In this document: positions 43,989 to 54,248 of the stretch, one piece after another | Position numbering within the stretch: position 1 is the stretch's first letter | How the letters are laid out: every line of letters begins with the position of its first letter | NCBI GenBank assembly: GCA_903884065.1 | Contig: CAISDL010000081.1 | Location: 13,624 to 77,623 of the forward strand | Source of the DNA: an uncultured Actinomycetes bacterium | GTDB lineage: Bacteria; Actinomycetota; Actinomycetes; Mycobacteriales; Mycobacteriaceae | Length of the DNA: 64,000 nt | Direction: 5' to 3' | The notes under the pieces: model-generated | Told to the model about the DNA's origin: nothing | Seen by the model: the letters and a program-made list of their open reading frames with translations, nothing else | Database searches by the model: none | Made by a program: the position numbers and the translations under genes

Positions 43989-44762
43989 ATGACCCACCCG
44001 GCCTACGGCGTGCTGCGGCCGGTGACCGAGTCGGCGTCGGTCCTGCTGTGTCACAACCCCGGCCCGCTGACCTTGGACGGGACCAATACCTGGGTGCTGC
44101 GGGCACCGCGGAGTGACGAGATGGTGATCGTCGATCCTGGCCCCGACGACGCCGAGCACATCGGCCGACTGGCCGGACTGGGCCGGGTCACGCTGGTGCT
44201 GATCAGCCACCGCCACGGGGATCACACCGACGGCATCGACGCCCTCGTCGATGCCACCGGCGCGACCGTCCGTTCGGTGGGTAGTGGATTTCTCCGCGGC
44301 ATGGGCGGGTATCTCGTCGACGGTGAGGCCATCGAGGTAGCCGGCTTGCGCATCCGGGTGTTGGCCACCCCGGGGCACACCGCCGACTCGCTCAGCTTCG
44401 TCCTCGACGATGCCGTACTGACCGCGGACACCGTGCTGGGCCGGGGCACGGCCGTCATCGACGATGAGGACGGCAGCCTGGCCGACTACCTGCAGTCCCT
44501 TCGCCGGCTGCGCGACCTCGGCAGCCGAACCGTGTTGCCCGGCCACGGTCCTGAACTCGGCGATCTGAAAGCGGTGACCGAGATGTACCTGTCCCACCGG
44601 CAGCAGCGGCTGGAGCAGGTTCGGCAGTCACTGAGGGTGCTCGGGGAGGACGCGACCGCCCGCCAGGTGGTCGAGCATGTCTACCGGGACGTCGACGAGT
44701 CGCTGTGGAAAGCCGCAGAGTCCTCGGTGCGTGCCCAGTTGGCCTACCTGCGCGCCGGTTAG
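43989..44762 (+). CDS. Metallo-beta-lactamase fold hydrolase (Rv3677c-like)
   Basis: SHRHGDH, TPGHT, LPGHG. Confidence 0.93.
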   Translation: MTHPAYGVLRPVTESASVLLCHNPGPLTLDGTNTWVLRAPRSDEMVIVDPGPDDAEHIGRLAGLGRVTLVLISHRHGDHTDGIDALVDATGATVRSVGSGFLRGMGGYLVDGEAIEVAGLRIRVLATPGHTADSLSFVLDDAVLTADTVLGRGTAVIDDEDGSLADYLQSLRRLRDLGSRTVLPGHGPELGDLKAVTEMYLSHRQQRLEQVRQSLRVLGEDATARQVVEHVYRDVDESLWKAAESSVRAQLAYLRAG

Positions 44763-44774
44763 CGAGCGCTGAGA

Positions 44775-45449
44775 CTACCTCGCTCGGCGCGCCAGGCGTT
44801 CGGAGTCGCAGATCAGGACGCTCTTGCCCTCCAGCCGGATCCAGCCGCGGTGGGCGAAATCGGCCAGGGCCTTATTCACGGTCTCCCGGGAGGCGCCGAC
44901 GAGCTGGGCGATCTCCTCCTGGGTGAGATCGTGGGTGACCCGCATGGCGCCGCCCTCTTGCGTACCGAAGCGTTGTGCCAGTTGCAGCAACTGCTTGGCC
45001 ACCCGGCCGGGCACGTCGGTGAAGATCAGGTCCGCGAGGTTGTTGTTGGTGCGACGCAGCCGCCGGGCCAACACCCGCAGAAGTTGCTCGGCGATCTCGG
45101 GGCGGTCGGAGATCCACGCCTTGAGCGCGTCGCGATCCATCGACACCGCGCGTACTTCGGTGATCGTGGTGGCGCTCGACGTCCGCGGGCCCGGGTCGAA
45201 GATCGACAGCTCTCCGAACATGTCGGACGGCCCCATGATCGTCAGCAGATTCTCTCGGCCGTCCGGTGAACGGCGGCCGATCTTCACCTTGCCGGTGAGA
45301 ATGATGTAGAGCCGATCACCGGGCTCGCCCTCGGCGAACACCGTGTGCCCTCGCGGGAAATCCACCGGCTGAAGCTGCTTGGTCAGTGCGGAAACAGCGG
45401 TGGGATCGACGCCCTGGAAGATTCCGGCCCTCGCCAGGATCTCGTCCAC
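44775..45449 (-). CDS. crp: cAMP receptor protein
   Basis: [51 protein letters not shown]. Confidence 0.98.
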   Translation of the reverse strand: MDEILARAGIFQGVDPTAVSALTKQLQPVDFPRGHTVFAEGEPGDRLYIILTGKVKIGRRSPDGRENLLTIMGPSDMFGELSIFDPGPRTSSATTITEVRAVSMDRDALKAWISDRPEIAEQLLRVLARRLRRTNNNLADLIFTDVPGRVAKQLLQLAQRFGTQEGGAMRVTHDLTQEEIAQLVGASRETVNKALADFAHRGWIRLEGKSVLICDSERLARRAR

Positions 45450-45546
45450 GTTGCTCCTCTAAATTCATCTAAATTCATCGAACACAGTAAGCCGCACAAC
45501 ATTACGACTGCCACGTTCATTAGGCAGTCTCAACGATATTTCAACG

Positions 45547-45882
45547 CTACACAGGATTGGCGTATCCGGTTGGCTGAAAGTGCGGATTGGGTCGGGCTTG
45601 CGCGCTCAGCCTGGTGGGCAGGCCGGGCTCATCGGTAAACGGCCGGCTCGTCGGCTGTGGTCGTGAAGTCTGGCCGGAGAAGCTCCTCAGCGGCAGCGGA
45701 CCGGTGCAGTCGCGGGCCGCCTCCCGGGCCGCGTCGCGTGCCGCGCGTGCCAGCTGTTCGAGCCGCGCGACGAACTCCGCGGCCGACGGCCGGTCGCGCT
45801 GCAGCACGCTTTCGAGCCGCTGGAGCCCGACGGTGCAGATCATCAGAAGTCCGGGGAAACACACCGCGACCAACCAGGACAT
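45547..45882 (-). CDS. Hypothetical protein (Rv3675-like)
   Basis: [15 protein letters not shown]-terminus, [14 protein letters not shown]-terminus, syntenic position. Confidence 0.75.
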   Translation of the reverse strand: MSWLVAVCFPGLLMICTVGLQRLESVLQRDRPSAAEFVARLEQLARAARDAAREAARDCTGPLPLRSFSGQTSRPQPTSRPFTDEPGLPTRLSAQARPNPHFQPTGYANPV

Positions 45883-45963
45883 AGCCGGGAAGTAAACCGG
45901 CGCCAGGTCTCATCGGGATCACGAAATGCCACCGGTCTGTCGGCGGTCGGTACCCTGGCAGAA

Positions 45964-46755
45964 GTGACGGCGGGTGCGGCGGGGTCCGGAGTGGCCGGAT
46001 CGTCGAAGTGGGCCGGATCATCCCCGAAATGGGATAGGGAGACCCGGCTCGGACTCGTTCGGCGGGCCCGCCGGATGAATCGGACTCTGGCAACGGCATT
46101 TCCGCATGTGTACTGCGAATTGGACTTCACCAATCCGCTTGAGCTCACCGTCGCGACCATTCTGTCCGCGCAGAGCACCGACAAGGGTGTCAACCTCACG
46201 ACGCCCGCGTTGTTCGCGAAGTACCGCACGGCACGGGATTACGCGCAGGCCAACCGGGCCGAACTCGAACAGCTGATCCGGCCGACCGGGTTCTACCGCA
46301 ATAAGGCCAACTCGCTGATCCGCCTGGGTTCTGAACTCGTCGAGCGGTTCGACGGTGCGGTGCCGGGGACCATGTCGGAGTTGGTGACCCTTCCCGGTGT
46401 CGGGCGCAAGACGGCCAACGTGATCCTCGGCAACGCGTTCGGCATACCCGGCATCACCGTGGACACCCATTTCGGACGGCTGGCCCGGCGGTGGAACTGG
46501 ACGACCGAAACCGATCCGGTCAAGGTCGAGTTCGCCGTCGGCGAGCTGATCGAGCGCAGCGAATGGACGTTGCTGAGCCACCGCGTCATCTTTCACGGCC
46601 GCCGGGTGTGCCATGCCCGCAAGCCCGCCTGCGGGGTGTGTGTCCTTGCCAAGGACTGCCCGTCCTACGGCACCGGACCGACCGAACCGCTGGTGGCCGC
46701 CGAATTGGTCCGCGGACCCGAGACCGAGCACCTCCTCGGCCTGGCCGGGCTGTAG
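45964..46755 (+). CDS. nth: Endonuclease III
   Basis: ILSAQSTD, Hh[27 protein letters not shown]...C. Confidence 0.97.
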   Translation: MTAGAAGSGVAGSSKWAGSSPKWDRETRLGLVRRARRMNRTLATAFPHVYCELDFTNPLELTVATILSAQSTDKGVNLTTPALFAKYRTARDYAQANRAELEQLIRPTGFYRNKANSLIRLGSELVERFDGAVPGTMSELVTLPGVGRKTANVILGNAFGIPGITVDTHFGRLARRWNWTTETDPVKVEFAVGELIERSEWTLLSHRVIFHGRRVCHARKPACGVCVLAKDCPSYGTGPTEPLVAAELVRGPETEHLLGLAGL

Positions 46756-46759
46756 GCCG

Positions 46760-47398
46760 ATGCGCACGTCGACCCGTTGGACGCTGGCGGTGCTTGCCGT
46801 TCTGGGTGCGCTGACGCTCGTGTTCGCGCTGGAACTCTCCGGTGGCGCCGGCCGGCCCGGGGATTCGGCGGCGCCGGTGCAGCGCACGCACCGCGAGGCC
46901 GACAGTCCCGAAGCGCTTGCCGGACCGCGGCAACGTGCAGACCTGCCGCCGTGCCCGGCCGACGGGTCGGGCGCCGGTCCCGCGGCACTGCGCGGCGTGG
47001 TGGTCCAGTGCGCGGCCGACGGATCGCAGGTCGACGTGGCCCGCGCCCTGGCCGGCCGCACGGTCGTGCTGAACCTGTGGGCGTACTGGTGCGGTCCCTG
47101 CGCCGATGAATTGCCCGCTCTGCAGGAATACCAGCACCGCGCCGGTGACGCGGTCAGTGTGATCACCGTTCATCAGGACGAGAACGAGACGGCGGCGCTG
47201 GTGCGGATGGCCGAACTGGGTGTGCACCTGCCGGTCCTGCAGGACGGCCGCCGCACCATTGCCGCGGCACTGCGCCTGCCCAATGTGATGCCTGAGACCG
47301 TGGTGCTGCGCAGGGACGGTAGCGTGGCGGCGGTGCTGCCACAGCCGTTTACCAGCGCCGATGGCATCAGGGCGGCAGTGGAGTCGGCACTTCGATGA
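46760..47398 (+). CDS. Membrane-anchored TlpA/thioredoxin (Rv3673c-like)
   Basis: TM anchor, NLWAYWCGPC. Confidence 0.9.
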   Translation: MRTSTRWTLAVLAVLGALTLVFALELSGGAGRPGDSAAPVQRTHREADSPEALAGPRQRADLPPCPADGSGAGPAALRGVVVQCAADGSQVDVARALAGRTVVLNLWAYWCGPCADELPALQEYQHRAGDAVSVITVHQDENETAALVRMAELGVHLPVLQDGRRTIAAALRLPNVMPETVVLRRDGSVAAVLPQPFTSADGIRAAVESALR

Positions 47399-48183
47399 GC
47401 TCTGATGGTGAGGGAGCGACCCCGTTGACCGCCACCGAAGTCCTGCTGCCCCAGGTGCGGCCGCCGTGGCTGGCACCACTGGTCGACAACGTCGAACGCG
47501 TCCCGGATGCGTACCGCCGCCGGGTCCCCCCGGAGTTGCTGGCCGCGCTGGCCGGGGCCCGGAACGCCGCTGCCGCGACGCGCGATGCGGCGGTTCTGGT
47601 GTTGTTCTCGGGCCCGCATGCCGAGCATCCGCCCGGCCGGGTGCCCGACGACGCCGACCTGCTGCTGACCGTGCGGGCCGGAACATTGCGCCACCACGCG
47701 GGCCAGGCGGCCTTCCCGGGTGGAGCCGCCGACCCCGGCGACGCCGGACCGGTGCACACTGCGCTGCGCGAGGCTTGGGAGGAGACCGGACTGGATCCTG
47801 CGCGCCTGCAGCCACTGGCGACGATGGAGCGGATGTTCATACCCCCGTCTGGTTTCCACGTCGTTCCGGTCCTGGCGTATTCGCCCGACCCGGGGCCGGT
47901 GATGGTCGTCGACGAGTCGGAGACGGCAGTGGTCGCCCGGGTTCCGCTGAGAGCCTTCATCAATCCGGCGAACCGCCTGATGGTGTACCGGACCGGCGGA
48001 GGGCAGCGCTACGCCGGCCCGGCGTTCCTGCTCAACGAGATGTTGGTGTGGGGTTTCACCGGTCACGTAATCTCGGCGATGCTCGACGTCGCCGGCTGGG
48101 CCCAGCCGTGGGACATCGAGGATGTACGAGAGTTGGACGAGGCGATGGCACTCGTCGGCGACGACAGTGAGGGACGTCTGTGA
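47395..48183 (+). CDS. Nudix CoA pyrophosphatase (Rv3672c-like)
   Basis: LRHHAGQAAFPGG, ALREAWEETG. Confidence 0.92.
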   Translation: MSSDGEGATPLTATEVLLPQVRPPWLAPLVDNVERVPDAYRRRVPPELLAALAGARNAAAATRDAAVLVLFSGPHAEHPPGRVPDDADLLLTVRAGTLRHHAGQAAFPGGAADPGDAGPVHTALREAWEETGLDPARLQPLATMERMFIPPSGFHVVPVLAYSPDPGPVMVVDESETAVVARVPLRAFINPANRLMVYRTGGGQRYAGPAFLLNEMLVWGFTGHVISAMLDVAGWAQPWDIEDVRELDEAMALVGDDSEGRL

Positions 48184-49367
48184 CGAGTTCGCAGTGGCTG
48201 GACATTGCCGTTATCGGCGTGGCGCTGATAGCGGCGATCTCCGGATGGCGATCGGGCGCGCTCGGCTCGCTCATGTCGTTCGTCGGCGTCGTGCTCGGCG
48301 CTGTCGCCGGGGTGATGCTCGCCCCGCACATCGTCAGCCACGTCCATTCCCAGCGCGGCAAACTGTTCACCGCGCTGTTCCTGATCCTGGCGTTGGTCGT
48401 GATCGGTGAGATCGCCGGTGTGGTGCTGGGTCGCGCGGTTCGCGGGTCCATCCGCAGCGGTCCGGTCCGGGTGATCGACTCCTTCATCGGCGTGGCTCTG
48501 CAACTGGTGGTCGTCCTGGTCGCCGCGTGGTTGTTGGGCAGCCCACTGACCTCGTCCAATCAGCAGAACCTCGCTGCGGCGGCGCGTGGGTCGAAGGTGA
48601 TCACCGAGGTCGACAAATACGCACCGGAGTGGTTGCGCTCCGTGCCCAAGCGGATGTCGGCACTGCTGAGCACATCCGGTTTGCCGGACGTGCTCGAACC
48701 GGCCGCCACCCCGATCCAGGTGGTCGACCCACCGGATCCGTCACTGGCCGACAGCCTGGTGGTGTCGAAGTCGGCGCCCAGCGTCGTCAAGATCCGGGGC
48801 GTGGCAACCGCGTGCCAGAAGGTGCTCGAGGGCACCGGCTTCGTCATCGCCCCGAACCGGGTGATGTCCAACGCCCACGTCGTCGCCGGGTCCGAGAGCG
48901 TGACCGTGGAGGCCGAGGGCAAGAAGTACGACGCGACGGTGGTCTCCTATGACCCCAACGCCGACATCTCGATCCTGGACGTGCCGAATCTTCCCCAGCA
49001 GCCGCTGGTTTTCGCCGAGGAACCTGCCAAGACCGGTACCGACGCCGTGGTGCTCGGGTACCCCGGCGGCGGCGAATTCGTGGCCACCCCCGCGCGGGTG
49101 CGCGAGATCATCGAACTGAGTGGTCCGGACATCTACAAGACGACGACAGTCAACCGCGAGGTCTACACCATCAGAGGCCTTGTGCGACAGGGCAATTCGG
49201 GTGGTCCGATGATCAACCGCGCCGGGCAGGTCATCGGCGTGGTCTTCGGCGCCGCCGTCGACGACAACGACACCGGCTTCGTCATGACCACTGATGAGGT
49301 GTCGCGTCAGCTGGCCAAGATCGGCAACACCGCCAAGGTGCCGACCGGCGCTTGCGTCAACGGATAA
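48180..49367 (+). CDS. marP: Membrane serine protease MarP
   Basis: Four TM segments, then NAHVV, DISIL, GNSGGP. Confidence 0.95.
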   Translation: MTSSQWLDIAVIGVALIAAISGWRSGALGSLMSFVGVVLGAVAGVMLAPHIVSHVHSQRGKLFTALFLILALVVIGEIAGVVLGRAVRGSIRSGPVRVIDSFIGVALQLVVVLVAAWLLGSPLTSSNQQNLAAAARGSKVITEVDKYAPEWLRSVPKRMSALLSTSGLPDVLEPAATPIQVVDPPDPSLADSLVVSKSAPSVVKIRGVATACQKVLEGTGFVIAPNRVMSNAHVVAGSESVTVEAEGKKYDATVVSYDPNADISILDVPNLPQQPLVFAEEPAKTGTDAVVLGYPGGGEFVATPARVREIIELSGPDIYKTTTVNREVYTIRGLVRQGNSGGPMINRAGQVIGVVFGAAVDDNDTGFVMTTDEVSRQLAKIGNTAKVPTGACVNG

Positions 49368-49370
49368 GTC

Positions 49371-50315
49371 CTACAGCGCGGTAAGGAATTGCTGCAGTCG
49401 CTCGTTGGTCTCGACGGGTGCCTCCTCGTGGGCGTAGTGCCCTGCCCCGGTGACGAGGGAGAACTGCCCACGGGCTGCGTAACGGCGACTGCGCTCCACC
49501 GGGTCGGCCAACACGTACGGGTCGGCATCGCCACGAAGGTGCAGCAGTGGCAGGTCGAGGCGCCGGTCCATCAACTTCATGAAACGCCGGCCTTCGCTGC
49601 GTAACTGGCTGCGAACCGCCCAGCGCTGATATTCCAGCGCGCAGTGGGCCGCCGAGGGGATCTGGATGGCTTGGCGCATGTGTGCGATGGTCTCGGAGAA
49701 GTCCTGGGAGGCAACCCATTCGGCGGAGGCCCGGCTGCGGACGAGTGCGTCCAGATCCTCGGCATCATGGCGGGTCAGCGCATGTTCCGGCCACCGCGGC
49801 ACCTGGTAGCGCATCAGACTGGGCAGGAGGGCGCGGCGCTGCTCGGGACAAGCCACGACCGACCGCTTCAGCGCGGCCGGGTGCGGCGAACTGACCAGTG
49901 CGATGGCACTGACCATCCTGGAGTGCAGTACGGCGGTGGCCCAGCAGACCAGGCCGCCGTCGGCATGTCCCACCAGCGTCGCTGAGGTGTGGCCGAGCGC
50001 CCGGATGAGGCCGGCGGTGTCCCCGGCCAGGGTCCAACCGTCGTAGCCGCGCGGGGGCTTGTCGCTGCCGCCGTATCCGCGCAGATCGACTGCCACCACC
50101 CTGGCGCCGGACAGTCCGCGCAACTGATGGCGCCAGGACCACCAGAACGACGCGAAACCGTGCAGCAGGATGACCAGCGGCCGGGCCGTGGGCGGGGTGT
50201 CGTCATCGGCGTCGGACAGGGCCTCGACGCACTGGAACCGGATCCCGTTCGCGTGGACTTCGTGGTGACGCCACGGTCCCGCGATTCGGGTGACTGACGG
50301 GTCCGGCCCTGCCAT
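49371..50315 (-). CDS. ephE: Alpha/beta hydrolase (EphE/Rv3670-like)
   Basis: LLHGF, VDLRGYG, GHADGG, GAGHYAHEE; TAATG coupling to upstream gene. Confidence 0.88.
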   Translation of the reverse strand: MAGPDPSVTRIAGPWRHHEVHANGIRFQCVEALSDADDDTPPTARPLVILLHGFASFWWSWRHQLRGLSGARVVAVDLRGYGGSDKPPRGYDGWTLAGDTAGLIRALGHTSATLVGHADGGLVCWATAVLHSRMVSAIALVSSPHPAALKRSVVACPEQRRALLPSLMRYQVPRWPEHALTRHDAEDLDALVRSRASAEWVASQDFSETIAHMRQAIQIPSAAHCALEYQRWAVRSQLRSEGRRFMKLMDRRLDLPLLHLRGDADPYVLADPVERSRRYAARGQFSLVTGAGHYAHEEAPVETNERLQQFLTAL

Positions 50316-51241
50316 TACCAACCCGACGGGTCGCCGGGCAGCGGGTGGTCCTCGTCGGTGTTGACCGGTAGGCCGGTGTCGGCGTACACCGCCGCCGTCG
50401 GATCGTGTGCGCTGGCGTATTCGGTCTGCTCGGCGTACTCGTACCCGACGTACTCCACCGGTTCGGCGGACTCGCTGTACTCCACCGGTTCGACGTACTC
50501 GTATCCGACGTACTCCACCGGTTCGGCGGACTCGTACCCGACGTACTCCACCTGCTCGGCGTACACGTCATCCGGGTATTGCGCCTGCTCGACGTACTCC
50601 GTGTACTCCACGGGTGCCTGTTGCGTCGCCGCGGTGGCCGGCGCCGCGGTGGCCGGCGCGGCGGTGGCCGGCGCGACGGTGGCAGGGCGCGACGCGGTGA
50701 CGGGGACCCTGGGCGGGTTGGTTGCCCGTACCGGCGGCACGCTCGGAGCCGATGGAGTCCCCGCGGCGTGGGTCGGAGCGCCGGTGAACTTCGCGAGCCC
50801 CGGCGTGAGTGCGGCCGTCGTCTCCTTGACCGACTCGATCGTCTGCTGCGGGCCGCGGATTCGGCGCACCTTGAGGTAGCCGAGGAAGGCGAATACGGCG
50901 GTCACGACCAGCATCAGGATGAACACGATCAGGAATGCAGCCCAGCGCCACAACCAGGTGTCGAGCAGTTCGGCGAGGAAGAAGAACATGAAGAAGGTCG
51001 AATACAGCAGCACGACCAGCGCGAGGATGAAGAAGACGCTGCCGGTGAGGCCCTTCTTGACGTCTCGGGTGATCTCGGCCTTGGCGAGTTCGACCTCGGC
51101 GCGGACCAGGGTCGAAACCTGTGTGGTGGCATCCCTGACCAGGTCGCCGATCGACGGATTGTCCGGAATCGCGTGCGGGTCCACCAGGGGAATAGAGGTC
51201 GCCGTGGCGGGCACCCCGTTCTTGCGATCCCGATTGCTCAC
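50315..51241 (-). CDS. Phage holin family (Rv3669-like) membrane protein with extended repeat-rich C-terminus
   Basis: SIGDLVRDATTQVSTLVRAEVELAKAE, 2 TM segments, ends DPSGW. Confidence 0.88.
   Translation of the reverse strand: MSNRDRKNGVPATATSIPLVDPHAIPDNPSIGDLVRDATTQVSTLVRAEVELAKAEITRDVKKGLTGSVFFILALVVLLYSTFFMFFFLAELLDTWLWRWAAFLIVFILMLVVTAVFAFLGYLKVRRIRGPQQTIESVKETTAALTPGLAKFTGAPTHAAGTPSAPSVPPVRATNPPRVPVTASRPATVAPATAAPATAAPATAATQQAPVEYTEYVEQAQYPDDVYAEQVEYVGYESAEPVEYVGYEYVEPVEYSESAEPVEYVGYEYAEQTEYASAHDPTAAVYADTGLPVNTDEDHPLPGDPSGW
50416..50680 (-). repeat. In-frame repeats: about 33-bp VEYVGYE[SY]xEP units and 15-bp PATAA units
   Basis: gtactccaccggttcg x3; ccgcggtggccggcg-type units x3. 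Confidence 0.85.
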
Positions 51242-51371
51242 GGCAGTCCCTCCAGGTCGGTGTGGTCGCGGTTCATGTTGCCATGTCGCACCCGCGGCCG
51301 GGGTACCCGTCGCGTTGTTACGCAAGTTACGAAAGTGACGCAGGTAGACTCAGAAGGCGGGTGGGAAGTCG

Positions 51372-52115
51372 ATGGAGGTATCAGTGATCACCGCACACAG
51401 GGTGCGACGAGCGACGGGGGCTGCGGTCCTCGGTGTCTCCGCCGCCCTAGCCGCACTGCTGCCGACGGCCCCCATTGCCGCCGCCGAGGACAAGGTGCCC
51501 ATGGGCGGCGGCGCCGGCATCGTCATCGACGGCGACACCTTCTGCACGCTGACCGCCATCGGCAACGACAAGACCGGGGCGTTGATCGGGTTCACCTCCG
51601 CGCACTGCGGTGGACCCGGCGCGCGGGTGGCGTCGGAGGCCGCCCAGGATCGCGGGGTCATCGGAACGATGGTGGCCGGCAACGACGGCCTGGACTACGC
51701 GGTCATCCGGTTCGACCCGGCCAAGGTGGCCCCGGTGTCCAACTGGAACGGCTTCGTGATCGACGGCATGGGTCCCGACCCGACGTTCGGCCAGGTGGCC
51801 TGCAAGCTGGGGCGGACCACCGGCTACTCCTGTGGTGTGACGTGGGGTCCGGGGGAGATCCCGGGCACCATCGTCAATCAGGTGTGCGGCCGACCCGGGG
51901 ATTCCGGTGCGCCGGTCACGGTCAACAAGAAGCTCGTCGGAATGATCCACGGGGCCTTCACCGACGGACTGCCCACCTGCGTCATCAAGTACATCCCGCT
52001 GCACACCCCGGCCATCACCATCTCGATGAACGCGGTCCTGGCCGACCTCGCGACCAAGGATCGTCCGGGAGCCGGGTTCGTGCCGACGCCCGGTGCGGCG
52101 CCCGGCCCGGCCTAG
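51372..52115 (+). CDS. Secreted S1 family serine protease (Rv3668c-like)
   Basis: TSAHC, DYAVI, GRTTG, GDSG. Confidence 0.9.
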   Translation: MEVSVITAHRVRRATGAAVLGVSAALAALLPTAPIAAAEDKVPMGGGAGIVIDGDTFCTLTAIGNDKTGALIGFTSAHCGGPGARVASEAAQDRGVIGTMVAGNDGLDYAVIRFDPAKVAPVSNWNGFVIDGMGPDPTFGQVACKLGRTTGYSCGVTWGPGEIPGTIVNQVCGRPGDSGAPVTVNKKLVGMIHGAFTDGLPTCVIKYIPLHTPAITISMNAVLADLATKDRPGAGFVPTPGAAPGPA

Positions 52116-52136
52116 TTGTCACCACACCTAGTACCG

Positions 52137-54098
52137 CTAGTTGGCCTTGCTGACGCGGATGGCCTCGAAGACCGTGGGGTCGACAAGCGTTGAGGTGTCG
52201 CCGAGTTCGCGACCCTCGGCCACGTCGCGCAGCAGGCGCCGCATGATCTTGCCGCTCCGGGTCTTCGGCAGCTCCGGAACCACGTGGATCTCGCGCGGCT
52301 TGGCGATCGGTGAGATCTCGCGGGCAACCTCCGCACGCAACTCGTTGACCATGTCACGCGTCGACATGTCGGCGTGGTGCTCCTTGAGGATGACGAACGC
52401 GCAGATCGCCTGTCCGGTCTGTTCGTCGGAGGCGCCGACGACGGCTGCCTCGGCGACTCCGGCATGGCCGACCAATGCGGATTCGACCTCCGCGGTCGAG
52501 ATGCGGTGGCCCGACACGTTCATCACATCGTCGATGCGGCCGAGTACCCACACCTCGCCGTCGGTGCCGTAGCGCGCACCGTCGCCCGCGAAGTACCAGC
52601 CCTGATCGGCGAACCGCGACCAGTAGGTCTCGATGAATCGTTCGTGGTCGCCCCAGATTCCGCGGAGCATTGACGGCCACGGCTTGTCGAGCACGAGGTA
52701 CCCGGTGACCGGCTCGCCGTCCTCGGTGGCCGGTGGCAGTTCGTTGCCGTGATCGTCGACGATCTTCGCCGAGATACCGGGAAGCGCCCGCATGGCCGAG
52801 CCGGGTTTGCAGACGGTGACTCCCGGCAGTGGGGAGATCATCGCCGAGCCGGTCTCGGTCTGCCACCAGGTGTCCACGATGGGAACCTGGTCACCGCCGA
52901 ACACCAGCCGGTACCAGCGCCAGGCTTCCGGGTTGATCGGTTCGCCCACCGATCCCAGCAGTCGCAAGCTGGACAGATCGTGCTCGAACGCAAGCTCCCG
53001 GCCCCACTTCATAAACGTGCGGACCAGGGTTGGTGCGGTGTAATAGATTGTGACGCCGTACTTTTCGATGACCTGGAAATGCCGGTGTTCGTCCGGGGAA
53101 GCCGGTGTGCCCTCGTACACCACCTGGGTGGCGCCATTGGACAATGGGCCGTAGACGATATAGGTGTGACCGGTGACCCAGCCGATATCGGCTGTGCACC
53201 AATAGACGTCGGTCTCGGGCTTGATGTCGAATACGTAGTGGTGCGTGTACGAAGCCTGCGTGAGGTACCCACCCGAGGTGTGCATGATGCCCTTGGGCTT
53301 GCCGGTGGTGCCGGAGGTGTAGAGCAGGAAGAGCGGCTGCTCGGAGTCGAAGGCTTCGGGGGTGTGTTCGGGGGATGCCTGGTCGACCATCTCGTGCCAC
53401 CAGAGATCGCGCCCGTCGGTCCAGTCGATGTCGATCCCGGTTCGGCACACCACGAGGACGTGTTCCACCGACGGCTGCCCTGCGACCGCCTCATCCACGG
53501 CGGCTTTGAGCGACACCGCAGTCCCACGCCGGTACTGCCCGTCGGTGGTGATCACCAACTTGGCTTGCGCGTCCTCGACGCGGGCCCGCAATGCCGAGGC
53601 CGAGAACCCGCCGAAGACCACCGAGTGCATGATGCCCAGCCGCGCGCAGGCCAGCATCGCGATGATCGCCTCGGGCACCATCGGCATGTAGATGGCTACC
53701 CGGTCACCGGCGACCAGGCCGAGATCGGTCAAGGCGTTGGCGGCCTTGCACACCTCGTCCTTGAGTTGGGCGTAGGTGATGGTGCGTTGATCGCCGAGCG
53801 GTTCACCCTCCCAGTGGATGGCGACCCGATCGCCGTTGCCGGCCTCGACATGACGGTCCACGCAGTTGTAGGCGACGTTGAGCTTGCCGCCCACGAACCA
53901 CTTCGCCACCGGCGCGCCCGACCAGTCGAGCACCTCGGTGAAGGGGGTGTCCCAGGTCAGCCGATCGGCCTGCTGCGCCCAGAACCCCATCCGGTCGGCG
54001 TCGGCCTGCTCGTAGAGTTCGGCGGTCGCATTCGCGGAGCCCGCGAATGCCTCCGATGGCGGATACAGGGTGGGGACATCGGTGTTCGCCTCGGTCAT
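52137..54098 (-). CDS. acs: Acetyl-CoA synthetase
   Basis: YTSGTTGKPKG, WWQTETG, LPKTRSGKIMRR. Confidence 0.97.
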   Translation of the reverse strand: MTEANTDVPTLYPPSEAFAGSANATAELYEQADADRMGFWAQQADRLTWDTPFTEVLDWSGAPVAKWFVGGKLNVAYNCVDRHVEAGNGDRVAIHWEGEPLGDQRTITYAQLKDEVCKAANALTDLGLVAGDRVAIYMPMVPEAIIAMLACARLGIMHSVVFGGFSASALRARVEDAQAKLVITTDGQYRRGTAVSLKAAVDEAVAGQPSVEHVLVVCRTGIDIDWTDGRDLWWHEMVDQASPEHTPEAFDSEQPLFLLYTSGTTGKPKGIMHTSGGYLTQASYTHHYVFDIKPETDVYWCTADIGWVTGHTYIVYGPLSNGATQVVYEGTPASPDEHRHFQVIEKYGVTIYYTAPTLVRTFMKWGRELAFEHDLSSLRLLGSVGEPINPEAWRWYRLVFGGDQVPIVDTWWQTETGSAMISPLPGVTVCKPGSAMRALPGISAKIVDDHGNELPPATEDGEPVTGYLVLDKPWPSMLRGIWGDHERFIETYWSRFADQGWYFAGDGARYGTDGEVWVLGRIDDVMNVSGHRISTAEVESALVGHAGVAEAAVVGASDEQTGQAICAFVILKEHHADMSTRDMVNELRAEVAREISPIAKPREIHVVPELPKTRSGKIMRRLLRDVAEGRELGDTSTLVDPTVFEAIRVSKAN

Positions 54099-54248
54099 GG
54101 ATGTGAGCGTAGTCACCATGTTGACCCGCTGCGGTGGTACGTCACGCCGATCGCCGGGCGGCGGTTGCGGCGCGGCGAACGGCCGCCGGGCGTGCGGCCA
54201 ACGGTCCCCGCGGAGGGCGGCCGACCGGCGGTACTAGCGTGAGCCGTC

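Noticed and set aside
49371-50315. GHADGG instead of GHDWGG in the EphE-like hydrolase
   Set aside because: Recalled as a family trait of Rv3670 orthologs rather than a strain-specific lesion.
50405-52153. 582-aa plus-strand ORF
   Set aside because: Shadow or alternate frame over the holin-family gene and the S1 protease.
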